The position numbers and the translations under genes were made by a program. Below, one piece after another: positions 39,468 to 48,201 of a stretch of DNA of 52,722 nt. Numbering within the stretch: position 1 is the stretch's first letter; each line of letters starts with the position of its first letter. The notes under the pieces were generated by a model. That model saw nothing but the letters and a program-made list of their open reading frames with translations. It ran no database searches and was not told where the DNA came from. The DNA comes from an uncultured Marinosulfonomonas sp. (lineage in GTDB: Bacteria; Pseudomonadota; Alphaproteobacteria; Rhodobacterales; Rhodobacteraceae), in assembly GCA_947311455.1 (NCBI GenBank), contig CAMZKY010000028.1:1-52722 (forward strand), given 5' to 3'.

Positions 39468-40520
39468 CTAGCGAGGAGGCAAAGGCATCCACGCAGGAAC
39501 AGCCACATCAGCATGAGCAAACTGAGGCATATTTGCGCTTAGGTCATCCATGTTTTTGATGTCATTGTCGTTCAGGAATTTTTGCGTGATCAAGGTTGGC
39601 GGCACAACAACGTTATGGCCCGGATCTTCACCAGCCAACAGCATAGCAAGCGAGCGCACCGAAACTTCACCAACCACGGCAGGGTTGGTGGCAACGGTAG
39701 CAGCCCAAGCCGAACCAGGCTCGCGCATGGCGGAAATGTCGGCGGTGGACACGTCGGCGGAATAGATGTCGACCTGATCTGTCATACCGGCCTCGTCCAC
39801 AGCGATTTTAACGCCTTTGGCGAATTCGTCATAGGGCGCAAACATCACTGTGATGCTTGGATTAGCTTGCAGCACGGAACGCGCCTGATTGGCAACCGAG
39901 TTTGCAATCGGGTTGTCCAGCGTGCCGAACATCGCCAGCTCTTTGATGCCGGGGTTGGCTTTTTTGATATCTTGCCAAGCCACATCGCGACGATCCAGCG
40001 GTGCGATACCGGCCACATAAACGTAACCCGCATTAAAGCTGTCGCCATTGTCTTTGATCGCCTGTTCCAGCGCCAGTTTACCCAGCAGGTAATCGGATTG
40101 TTCAACCTGTGGAATAGCAGCATTTTCAACGTCTACGTCAAAAGCCACAACCTTGATACCCGCATCAATGGCGCGCTGTGCAGCGGCTTGCATGGATTCG
40201 GTTAGACCGTGCTGAATGATAATTCCGTCCACGCCAAGGGCGATGGCCTGATCCACCATATCGGCCTGAAGCGCGGCATCTTGACGGCTGTCAAAAACCC
40301 GCAGATCAACGCCAATTGCGGCGGCTTGGGTTTCAACACCTGAAAGATAGGCTTGGAAAAAGTCACCTGTTGAAAGGTAACGCACCAATGCGATTTTTAC
40401 GTCGCCGGCATTGTCGAACGGTGCTGGCATTTCGCCTGCAAATGTTGGTGTGGTAAATCCTGTCGCCAGCGCAGCAATGCCGCCCGCCATGCCCAGAACA
40501 ATACGTCTTGATAGTTTCAT
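39468..40520 (-). CDS. Sugar ABC transporter periplasmic binding protein (RbsB-like; probable methylthioribose/deoxyribose)
   Basis: SRRIVL signal, class I periplasmic binding protein pattern (VDGIII, KVVAFD); in the operon divergent from mtnK. The substrate is inferred from context. Confidence 0.88.
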   Translation of the reverse strand: MKLSRRIVLGMAGGIAALATGFTTPTFAGEMPAPFDNAGDVKIALVRYLSTGDFFQAYLSGVETQAAAIGVDLRVFDSRQDAALQADMVDQAIALGVDGIIIQHGLTESMQAAAQRAIDAGIKVVAFDVDVENAAIPQVEQSDYLLGKLALEQAIKDNGDSFNAGYVYVAGIAPLDRRDVAWQDIKKANPGIKELAMFGTLDNPIANSVANQARSVLQANPSITVMFAPYDEFAKGVKIAVDEAGMTDQVDIYSADVSTADISAMREPGSAWAATVATNPAVVGEVSVRSLAMLLAGEDPGHNVVVPPTLITQKFLNDNDIKNMDDLSANMPQFAHADVAVPAWMPLPPR

Positions 40521-40551
40521 TGTAGTTCTCCCTTGGTTTAGTGGTTGTAAG

Positions 40552-41598
40552 TTAATGGTTAGAGCCGCCGCGACGGCCCGTTAAGACAAAGGTAAAGACC
40601 AGCGCAATCACCAGCACAGCCCCTTTGACGAAATCTTGTGTATAATATGGCGCGTTCATCATCGTCAGGCCCTGAAGCAAAATGCCCACAAATAGCGCGC
40701 CTATGGCGGTGCCAAACGCATTGGGTTTGGCCACACCCAGCACGGCAAACCCGATCAATGCGGCGGCAACGGAATCAAGCAGCAGGTTATTGCCCGAGGC
40801 AATATCACCACGCCCCAGCCGCGCCGCCAGCAAAATGCCGCCAATCGACGCCAGCATACCCGACATCATATAAGCCACGATTTTGTAGCGGTTTACATTT
40901 GTGCCCGCCAAGGATGCAGCGCGTTGGTTCGATCCAATCGCATACATCAGACGGCCGTGGCGCGTCAGTTCAAGAAATACCCAGACAAGCACCGCCACAA
41001 CAATCAAAATCACCACAGACACCGGAATAAGATTGTCGATGAAAAAATCGAAACGGTGACGCCCCAGCCATAGAAATTCGGGGGAAAAGGTGCCGTTTGC
41101 GGTTTCACCACCGGGCAATTTCATCCCTGTAGCGATCGAGCGCCCCTCGGTTGGAATACGTTGCAGCCCGATCAACAGGAACATCATCCCAAGGGTGGCC
41201 AGCAAATCCGGCACCTTCATTTTAACGATCAAAATGCCGTTCACCAGCCCGATCAGCGCCCCCATAACAAGGCAGGCAACCACCGCCGCAACCGCGCCCA
41301 TTTCCAGCACCACCATCACATAAGCCGACAACATCAACGCCGAGGTGGCGGTTGATCCGATCGACAGGTCAAAGCCGTCCACCACCAACGTAAACGTCAC
41401 ACCAAGCGCTAGAATGCCGGTGATCGCCACGGATTGAAAGATAAACACGGCGCTATAGGGGCTTAAAAACCCCTCTGATGCGACCGAGAAAAACACCAGC
41501 AGCCCTGCCATAAGCAACAAAAACCCATATCGAATGGCCATGTCGGTGAATGTTTTCTTCGGCTTAACAGCCTGATTTGTAATTGGGGTGTCTTGCAT
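40552..41598 (-). CDS. Sugar ABC transporter permease (RbsC-like)
   Basis: GFDLSIGS, GRLMYAIGSNQRAASLAG and many TM segments. Confidence 0.92.
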   Translation of the reverse strand: MQDTPITNQAVKPKKTFTDMAIRYGFLLLMAGLLVFFSVASEGFLSPYSAVFIFQSVAITGILALGVTFTLVVDGFDLSIGSTATSALMLSAYVMVVLEMGAVAAVVACLVMGALIGLVNGILIVKMKVPDLLATLGMMFLLIGLQRIPTEGRSIATGMKLPGGETANGTFSPEFLWLGRHRFDFFIDNLIPVSVVILIVVAVLVWVFLELTRHGRLMYAIGSNQRAASLAGTNVNRYKIVAYMMSGMLASIGGILLAARLGRGDIASGNNLLLDSVAAALIGFAVLGVAKPNAFGTAIGALFVGILLQGLTMMNAPYYTQDFVKGAVLVIALVFTFVLTGRRGGSNH

Positions 41599-41602
41599 AA
41601 TT

Positions 41603-43129
41603 TTACCCGTTTGCCTGTTTTTGTGTGTCTGATTTCGTGCCCATTCCGGCCACCTCAGAGATGATTTTCTTTAGATTCAAATCCTGGTTCATATGTTCGC
41701 CAACGATATCCGCATCCGATAACACAATGATCCGGTCAGCAATTTCCATCACCTCGTCCATCTCGCTGGCCATCACAATCGTAGCGCGGCCTTTGGCGGT
41801 TTCACGGATTTTTTCACCAATATCGCGGCGCGCCTTGATGTCCACACCTTGAAACGGTTCATCCAGAATCAACAGCGTTGACGGCTCGCTTAACCAGCGG
41901 CCCACCATGATTTTTTGCTGATTGCCGCCGGAAAGCGTGCCGATATCATCATGTTCGGTTTGGCACACGATACTAAGATCATTGATTGTTTTGCGGGTTT
42001 TGGCATCTTCTGCGCGCTTGTTCAGGAATGAAAATGTTGAATAGCGGGCCAGAAACGGCGCGGTGATATTTTTGGTTAGATTGTGATCTTGCAGCACCCC
42101 GTTGGTGCCGCGATCCTTGGCGCACATAAACACGCCTGTATCAATCGCGTGGCGGGCGGATTTGGGCGCAAAGGGTGCGCCTTTTAATGTCATTGAGCCG
42201 GAAACCGGTTTTTCAAGCCCATACAAAATCGCCGCAAGTTTCGATTTCCCCGCCCCAACAAGGCCGGTGATCGCCACCACCTCGTCTTCGCCCACGGTAA
42301 ATGAAATTTTCGGTGCGTTTTCGCGGATTTGCAGGTTTTCAACCTGTAGCACCGGTGCGCCCTGTTGTTTGATATCCAAATGTGCGTCAGCCATGCTTTG
42401 GCCCAGCATCGAATTCACTGCCGCGTTATAATCCAGCGGTTTTTCGGTGAATGTGCCAACAATTTCACCGTCGCGCATTGCCACGATCCGGTCGGCCATG
42501 CGTTGAATATCCGAGGTGCGGTGCGAAATATACAAGATCGCCACACCCTTGTCGCGCAACCGGTCCAGCAATTCAAACAGCCGATCCGCCTCGATTGACG
42601 ACAAAGACGATGTTGGCTCATCCAGGATCAGTAATTCGGGTTCATGGGCCATAGCGCGGGCAATGGCCACCAGTTGTCGATCGGCCAGCGCCAGCTCCTG
42701 AACCGGAATGGTTACATCCACATTCAGACCAATTGATTGCGCCAGCTTTTCAGCGTCCGCATGGATTTTATTGCGTTTCAGAAAAAATCCACCGCTGGGT
42801 TTGGCCAATTCATCCAGCATCAAGTTGGACGCCACATCCAGATCGGGAATAACGCCATCATTAATATTCTGGTGAACCGTCACAATGCCCGACGCAATCG
42901 CATCCGACGGCGAGCTAGACTTGATCACCCGACCATGGAGCCTGATTTCACCCTGATCGGCGGCGTGCACACCGCAAATCACCTTAACCAGCGTCGATTT
43001 TCCCGCGCCGTTGGCGCCCATCAAAACGGTCACTTCACCTTTAAAAAGCTCAAGATCAATACCACGCAAAACGTGGTTCGTTCCAAAAGCCTTGGTCAGG
43101 CCGGAAATCTGAACAGCAACAGCAGACAT
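41603..43129 (-). CDS. Sugar ABC transporter ATP-binding protein (RbsA-like, two domains)
   Basis: GANGAGKST, ILDEPTSSL, LSGGNQQK and LDEPFQGVD. Confidence 0.93.
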   Translation of the reverse strand: MSAVAVQISGLTKAFGTNHVLRGIDLELFKGEVTVLMGANGAGKSTLVKVICGVHAADQGEIRLHGRVIKSSSPSDAIASGIVTVHQNINDGVIPDLDVASNLMLDELAKPSGGFFLKRNKIHADAEKLAQSIGLNVDVTIPVQELALADRQLVAIARAMAHEPELLILDEPTSSLSSIEADRLFELLDRLRDKGVAILYISHRTSDIQRMADRIVAMRDGEIVGTFTEKPLDYNAAVNSMLGQSMADAHLDIKQQGAPVLQVENLQIRENAPKISFTVGEDEVVAITGLVGAGKSKLAAILYGLEKPVSGSMTLKGAPFAPKSARHAIDTGVFMCAKDRGTNGVLQDHNLTKNITAPFLARYSTFSFLNKRAEDAKTRKTINDLSIVCQTEHDDIGTLSGGNQQKIMVGRWLSEPSTLLILDEPFQGVDIKARRDIGEKIRETAKGRATIVMASEMDEVMEIADRIIVLSDADIVGEHMNQDLNLKKIISEVAGMGTKSDTQKQANG

Positions 43130-43166
43130 AAATATCCCTCTCTTGCGGGCAGTGTTATGATTCTGA

Positions 43167-43198
43167 AATCAAATGTCAATGGGTATTGACAAATGACT
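43167..43198. promoter_or_regulatory. Putative SorC/LsrR-family operator in the ABC/mtnK divergent promoter
   Basis: AATCAAATGTCA (43167) and TGACAAATGACT (43187), 20 bp apart; together they also form TGTCAAT-N4-ATTGACA. Confidence 0.65.
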
Positions 43199-43307
43199 AT
43201 CACTATCCAATGCTACTCAAAAGGGGGCGTGTTGCCTTGGGCTTCTACTCGCTACGATTTTAGCAAGGTTAAACACGTTAGCACCAATTGATAACTGGGA
43301 GGGGCCG

Positions 43308-44576
43308 ATGACCAGCCAAGATACAAACTACGAACCGCTTACCGTTGAAACGATTCCAGCGCGATTAAGCACAGTTTCAACCGTAACCGCGCATTTGGGC
43401 GACGATCCAAGCACATGGGACGCCAAAGAAGTGGGTGACGGCAATCTGAACCTTGTGTTTATCGTCACCAGCCCCAAATCTGCGGTCATTGTCAAACAGG
43501 CTCTGCCCTATGTGCGCTTGGTTGGTGACAGCTGGCCATTGCCCTTGAAACGCGCGTTTTTTGAATACCATGCCCTGATCCGGCAAGCCGAACGCGCACC
43601 CGGATTGGTGCCGGAAATCTATCATTTTGACGAGGAACAAGCCATTATCGTGATGGAATTCCTGACCCCGCATATCATTTTGCGCCACTCCCTGATGGCG
43701 GGCACCAAACATGACGGTTTGGCCGATGTGATGGGGAAATACTGTGCGCAGACCATGTTCCGCGGCTCTGACTTGTCGATGGACACGGCAAAACGCAAGG
43801 CCGATCTGGCGCTGTTTGCCGAAAATGTCGAACTATGTGACATCACCGAAAACCTAGTGTTTTCTGACCCTTATTTCAATGCCGAGCTAAACCACCACAC
43901 GCCGGGCCTTGATGATATTGTCACCCGTATGCGCGCCGATATTGATCTGAAAATCGCAGCGCAGGATATGAAGGCCAAATTTGCCAATAACGCCGAAACC
44001 ATGTTGCACGGCGATCTGCACACCGGCAGCATCATGGTGACAGATACCGACACCATGGTGATCGACCCCGAATTTGCGACTTACGGCCCGATGGGATTTG
44101 ATGTGGGTATGTTGTTGGCCAATTTCTTTATGGCCTATTATGCCCAACCCGGACACGCCGAAAAAGAGGGCGCGCGGGACGAGTATCAGGAATGGATTTT
44201 AAGCGTCATTTCCGATATCTGGAGCGGATTTTGTGCAGAATTTTCAAACCTTTGGCGCACGGAACGCACCGGCATTCTGTATGAAAAAACTTTGTTCGAG
44301 GATCAGGGCGATCATCTGGCCTCGGAACAGGCTTTGGCGGGGCGTCTGAACCACATTTTCAAGGACACATTGGGATTTGCCGGCGTTGAAATGATCCGCC
44401 GCACCCTGAGCCTTGCGCATATTGCCGAAAATGACACCATCGAAGACGAAGCCCTGCGCGCGGATTGCGAAGGGCGCGGATTGCGCCTTGGACGGGCCAT
44501 TCTGGTGAAACGCAACGATTTTGCAGATATGAACAGCGTGATTGATATGGCGCGCGCCATTGGACAAAAAGGATAG
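43308..44576 (+). CDS. mtnK: S-methyl-5-thioribose (5-deoxyribose) kinase
   Basis: EVGDGNLNLVF, KQALPYVR, HGDLHTGS, VIDPEFA and EMIRR. Confidence 0.96.
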   Translation: MTSQDTNYEPLTVETIPARLSTVSTVTAHLGDDPSTWDAKEVGDGNLNLVFIVTSPKSAVIVKQALPYVRLVGDSWPLPLKRAFFEYHALIRQAERAPGLVPEIYHFDEEQAIIVMEFLTPHIILRHSLMAGTKHDGLADVMGKYCAQTMFRGSDLSMDTAKRKADLALFAENVELCDITENLVFSDPYFNAELNHHTPGLDDIVTRMRADIDLKIAAQDMKAKFANNAETMLHGDLHTGSIMVTDTDTMVIDPEFATYGPMGFDVGMLLANFFMAYYAQPGHAEKEGARDEYQEWILSVISDIWSGFCAEFSNLWRTERTGILYEKTLFEDQGDHLASEQALAGRLNHIFKDTLGFAGVEMIRRTLSLAHIAENDTIEDEALRADCEGRGLRLGRAILVKRNDFADMNSVIDMARAIGQKG

Positions 44577-44579
44577 ACC

Positions 44580-45677
44580 ATGAAAGTAGGCGATAAACAT
44601 TACAGATCCATCTGGTTTGATCAGGCCAGCGGCGAAGTGCAGATCATTGATCAACGCTGGTTGCCCCATGAATTTCGGGTGGTTGATCTAAAAACCCGCG
44701 AAGATTTCGAAGTCGCGATCCGCGATATGTGGGTGCGTGGTGCACCCCTGATCGGGGCCACAGCGGCTTACGGGTTTGCGGTGCAAATGGCACTTGATCC
44801 TTGTGATTTGTCGATCGAGGAAACATGGCACATCCTGCATGAAACCCGCCCCACGGCGATCAATCTAAAATGGGCGCTGGATGAAATGCGCGGGCTGCTG
44901 GAACCGTTGCCTATTGATCAACGGGCCGATGCGGCGATGAAACGCGCCCATGAAATTGCCGATGAAGATGTGGAATGTAACCGGATGATCGGGGTTCATG
45001 GCCTTGAAATCATTAAAGAAATCGCTGCCAAGAAAAAACCGGGCGAGGTGATTAACATCCTGACCCATTGTAACGCCGGCTGGCTGGCCACGGTGGATTG
45101 GGGCACGGCCACATCCCCCATGTATCACGCCGATCAGGCCGGCATTCCGATTCATGTGTGGGTCGATGAAACCCGCCCGCGCAATCAGGGCGCGCTTTTG
45201 ACATCGTGGGAAATGAACAGCCACGACATCCCGCATCACCTGATTGTTGATAACGCAGGCGGGCATTTGATGCAGCATGGCCAAGTTGATCTGGTGATTG
45301 TCGGCACCGACCGCACCACGGCGCACGGGGATGTGTGCAACAAAATCGGCACCTATCTAAAAGCGCTGGCCGCCCATGATAACGGGGTGCCGTTTTATGT
45401 GGCGCTACCGTCGCCAACCATCGACTGGACGGTGAAAGACGGGGTCAAGGAAATCCCGATTGAAGAGCGCACCGACACCGAAGTGACCCACGTGCAGGGC
45501 AAACTGGCCGATGGCACCGTAACCGAAGTGCAAATCAGCCCCGATGGCACCCCCGGAGGCAATCCGGCCTTTGACGTGACCCCGCGCCGTTTGATCACCG
45601 GTTTGATTACTGAACGTGGCGTTTGCGAGGCCTCACCACAGGGGCTGGCCAAACTGTTCCCCGAACGGGCCGGCTAA
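44580..45677 (+). CDS. mtnA: S-methyl-5-thioribose-1-phosphate isomerase
   Basis: [46 protein letters not shown] and NPAFDVTP. Confidence 0.96.
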   Translation: MKVGDKHYRSIWFDQASGEVQIIDQRWLPHEFRVVDLKTREDFEVAIRDMWVRGAPLIGATAAYGFAVQMALDPCDLSIEETWHILHETRPTAINLKWALDEMRGLLEPLPIDQRADAAMKRAHEIADEDVECNRMIGVHGLEIIKEIAAKKKPGEVINILTHCNAGWLATVDWGTATSPMYHADQAGIPIHVWVDETRPRNQGALLTSWEMNSHDIPHHLIVDNAGGHLMQHGQVDLVIVGTDRTTAHGDVCNKIGTYLKALAAHDNGVPFYVALPSPTIDWTVKDGVKEIPIEERTDTEVTHVQGKLADGTVTEVQISPDGTPGGNPAFDVTPRRLITGLITERGVCEASPQGLAKLFPERAG

Positions 45678-45713
45678 CGCGTTGTAAAACAATACTAATT
45701 TCGGGTTTCTCCC

Positions 45714-45774
45714 TCGAATATAAAAAGGAATAGTGACTGATTATCAAAAGGTTGCTATTCTTTTTTATGTTTGA
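45714..45774 (+). other. 25-bp AT-rich RNA stem-loop downstream of mtnA
   Basis: TCGAATATAAAAAGGAATAGTGACT pairs with GGTTGCTATTCTTTTTTATGTTTGA around an 11-nt loop. All six non-Watson-Crick positions are G-U on the + strand. Confidence 0.65.
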
Positions 45775-45890
45775 TTATAGCCTGTTTCACGGGGCAATAT
45801 TTCTAACCGCTGCGATATTGTTGCATGTGCCCTCCGGCGCGATTTTTATTGCGCATGGCGTGGGATTGACAACGAAACGGCCCTAGGTGT

Positions 45891-46559
45891 TTAGGCCTGT
45901 GCCAACTGCCCGATCAATGAATCGAACAGGGCTTGCCCATCTTCGCCACCATGCCCCGTATCTGACGCCCGTTCCGGATGCGGCATCATCCCCAAAACAC
46001 GGCCATTATCGCTAAGAATCCCTGCGATATCAGCAACAGAACCGTTAGGATTATCGGTATAGGTAAAGGCCACGCGCCCATCCCCTTGTAGGCGCGCCAC
46101 AGTGTCGGCATCCGCCGTATAATTGCCGTCGTGATGGGCAATCGGGATCATAATTTCTTGATCCTGATTATACCCCGACGTGAACGCTGTATCGGCATTC
46201 TCCACCTTTAGACCAACGGTTTTACAAATGTATTTCAAATTAGTGTTGCGCAACAGCGCCCCCGGCAACAGGCCGGTTTCCGTTAGAATTTGAAACCCGT
46301 TACATACCCCGAACACATAGCCACCCTTGCCCGCATGATCGACAATCGAGCGGCAAATCGGAGATTGCGCCGCAATCGCGCCACAACGCAGATAATCGCC
46401 AAAGGAAAAGCCACCCGGCACCCCGATCATATCCAGACCATCTGGCAGGCTGGTATCTTTGTGCCAGATTTTTGTTACCTCGGCCCCTGCCCGCTCGAAC
46501 CCGACAATCAGATCACGATCACAGTTTGACCCCGGAAAAACAACAACACCGACCTTCAT
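45891..46559 (-). CDS. purQ: Phosphoribosylformylglycinamidine synthase subunit PurQ
   Basis: [27 protein letters not shown] and MMPHPER; start at 46559. Confidence 0.97.
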   Translation of the reverse strand: MKVGVVVFPGSNCDRDLIVGFERAGAEVTKIWHKDTSLPDGLDMIGVPGGFSFGDYLRCGAIAAQSPICRSIVDHAGKGGYVFGVCNGFQILTETGLLPGALLRNTNLKYICKTVGLKVENADTAFTSGYNQDQEIMIPIAHHDGNYTADADTVARLQGDGRVAFTYTDNPNGSVADIAGILSDNGRVLGMMPHPERASDTGHGGEDGQALFDSLIGQLAQA

Positions 46560-46798
46560 CACAAAATCTCGACTGTGTAGGATTCGATCACCGTGTTGGC
46601 CAACAGCTTTTCGCACATTTCGATAACGTTTTTTTCAGCTGCAGCTTTGTCGGTTTCGGCCAGTTCCAGATCAATTACCTTGCCTTGGCGGACATTTTCA
46701 ATCCCGTCAAAGCCCAGATTGCCCAAAGCATGTTGAATTGCCTTGCCCTGAGGATCAAGAACACCGGTTTTTAACATCACATGAACACGGGCTTTCAT
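46559..46798 (-). CDS. purS: Phosphoribosylformylglycinamidine synthase subunit PurS
   Basis: [13 protein letters not shown] and LLANTVIE. Confidence 0.96.
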   Translation of the reverse strand: MKARVHVMLKTGVLDPQGKAIQHALGNLGFDGIENVRQGKVIDLELAETDKAAAEKNVIEMCEKLLANTVIESYTVEIL

Positions 46799-46810
46799 TT
46801 GGATCGTCCT

Positions 46811-47572
46811 TTAATTAACAAGGGTTGGTTTTGATGGCATAGGTTTGGATGACGGTAAAATCCCCAATCGGCGCGCCACTTCGGTATAGGCATCGGCCAG
46901 ATCGCCAAGATCACGGCGAAACACATCTTTGTCCAGCTTTTCGCCGGTTTCCACATCCCACAAACGGCAGGAATCAGGGCTGATTTCATCCGCCAACATC
47001 AAACGTTGATAATCGCCATCCCAATGACGGCCAAATTCGATTTTGAAATCCACCAGTTTAATGCCAACGCCCATCATCACACCGGATAGGAAATCGTTCA
47101 CCCGCAGCGCCAGCGCGATAATGTCGTCCAGCTCCTGTTGGGTGGCCCAATTAAAGGCGATGATATATTCTTCGGGCACCAAAGGATCCCCGAGCGCGTC
47201 ATCCTTATAGCTGAATTCAACAATAGGACGGGGCAATAGAGTGCCTTCTTCGATGCCGATTCTTTTGGAAATTGATCCGGCCGCAATGTTGCGCACGATC
47301 ACTTCGAGCGGAATAATTTCAACCTTGCGGATCAACTGTTCGCGCATGTTCAGGCGTTTGATAAAATGGGTCGGGATGCCGATTTGCCCAAGGCCTTGCA
47401 TGAAAAACTCGCTTAACCGATTGTTCAGAGCGCCTTTTCCGTCGATCACTGCCTTTTTCTCGGCGTTAAACGCGGTTGCATCATCTTTAAAATACTGAAT
47501 CAAAGTGCCAGGTTCCGGCCCTTCATACAGGATTTTAGCCTTACCTTCGTATAATTTTTTGCCACGCGCCAT
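46811..47572 (-). CDS. purC: SAICAR synthase
   Basis: [36 protein letters not shown]; start at 47572. Confidence 0.97.
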   Translation of the reverse strand: MARGKKLYEGKAKILYEGPEPGTLIQYFKDDATAFNAEKKAVIDGKGALNNRLSEFFMQGLGQIGIPTHFIKRLNMREQLIRKVEIIPLEVIVRNIAAGSISKRIGIEEGTLLPRPIVEFSYKDDALGDPLVPEEYIIAFNWATQQELDDIIALALRVNDFLSGVMMGVGIKLVDFKIEFGRHWDGDYQRLMLADEISPDSCRLWDVETGEKLDKDVFRRDLGDLADAYTEVARRLGILPSSKPMPSKPTLVN

Positions 47573-47740
47573 TTGGGCCCCCGCTTGCAATGCCGCTGGG
47601 TCAATCGCGGCGATTATGCGCCCTATACGCGATGCAATAGAATGTCGCAAGACAGCAGTTTCATTACGATGGCCCTTGAAACATTATAAATTGAAGGGCA
47701 TATCAATATTAACCAACACCCAGTCACCTGCGAGGACAAA

Positions 47741-48055
47741 ATGAATACATTTAAAGACCGCGAAACCGCCTTTGAAGCCAAGTTCGCCCATGATGCTGAA
47801 ATGCAATTCAAAGCCCATGCGCGCAGCCACAAATTACTGGGGCTTTGGGCCGCTGAAATTCTGGGAAAATCCGGTGATGATGCCGCAGATTACGCAAAAT
47901 CGGTGATTATTTCAGATATGGAAGAAGCAGGCCAGGAAGATGTATTTCGCAAAGTTTCCGCAGATCTTGGCGATAAGGTTGATGAAAAAACATTGCGCAC
48001 CAAAATGGCCGAATGCCTTGCCCAAGCCAAAGAACAGCTTCTGAAAGACGCCTGA
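47741..48055 (+). CDS. DUF1476 / F1Fo-ATPase inhibitor zeta subunit
   Basis: TFKDRETAFEAKFAHDAEMQFKA...KLLGLWAA, typical of alphaproteobacterial zeta. Confidence 0.9.
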   Translation: MNTFKDRETAFEAKFAHDAEMQFKAHARSHKLLGLWAAEILGKSGDDAADYAKSVIISDMEEAGQEDVFRKVSADLGDKVDEKTLRTKMAECLAQAKEQLLKDA

Positions 48056-48092
48056 TTTATCTGTCGTTTAAAAGATGTTTCTAACTTAAATC

Positions 48093-48122
48093 AAGATGCA
48101 CATGTTTTGTGCATCTTTTTTT
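48093..48122 (+). terminator. Rho-independent terminator after the zeta gene
   Basis: AAGATGCACA-TGTTT-TGTGCATCTT followed by a T run. Confidence 0.75.
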
Positions 48123-48201
48123 GTGCAAACACTGATGCAGTTAAGAGAGACGCAATCCCTGGCTGATACACCCTGATTTCCAAAGTGTTTAGGGGGGTCA
48201 C

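Noticed and set aside
37373-43129. Canonical AI-2 (lsr) uptake/quorum-sensing operon
   Set aside because: No lsrK or lsrG in the window, only one permease rather than LsrC+LsrD, the binding protein does not look like LsrB, and the operon is tied to mtnK-mtnA.
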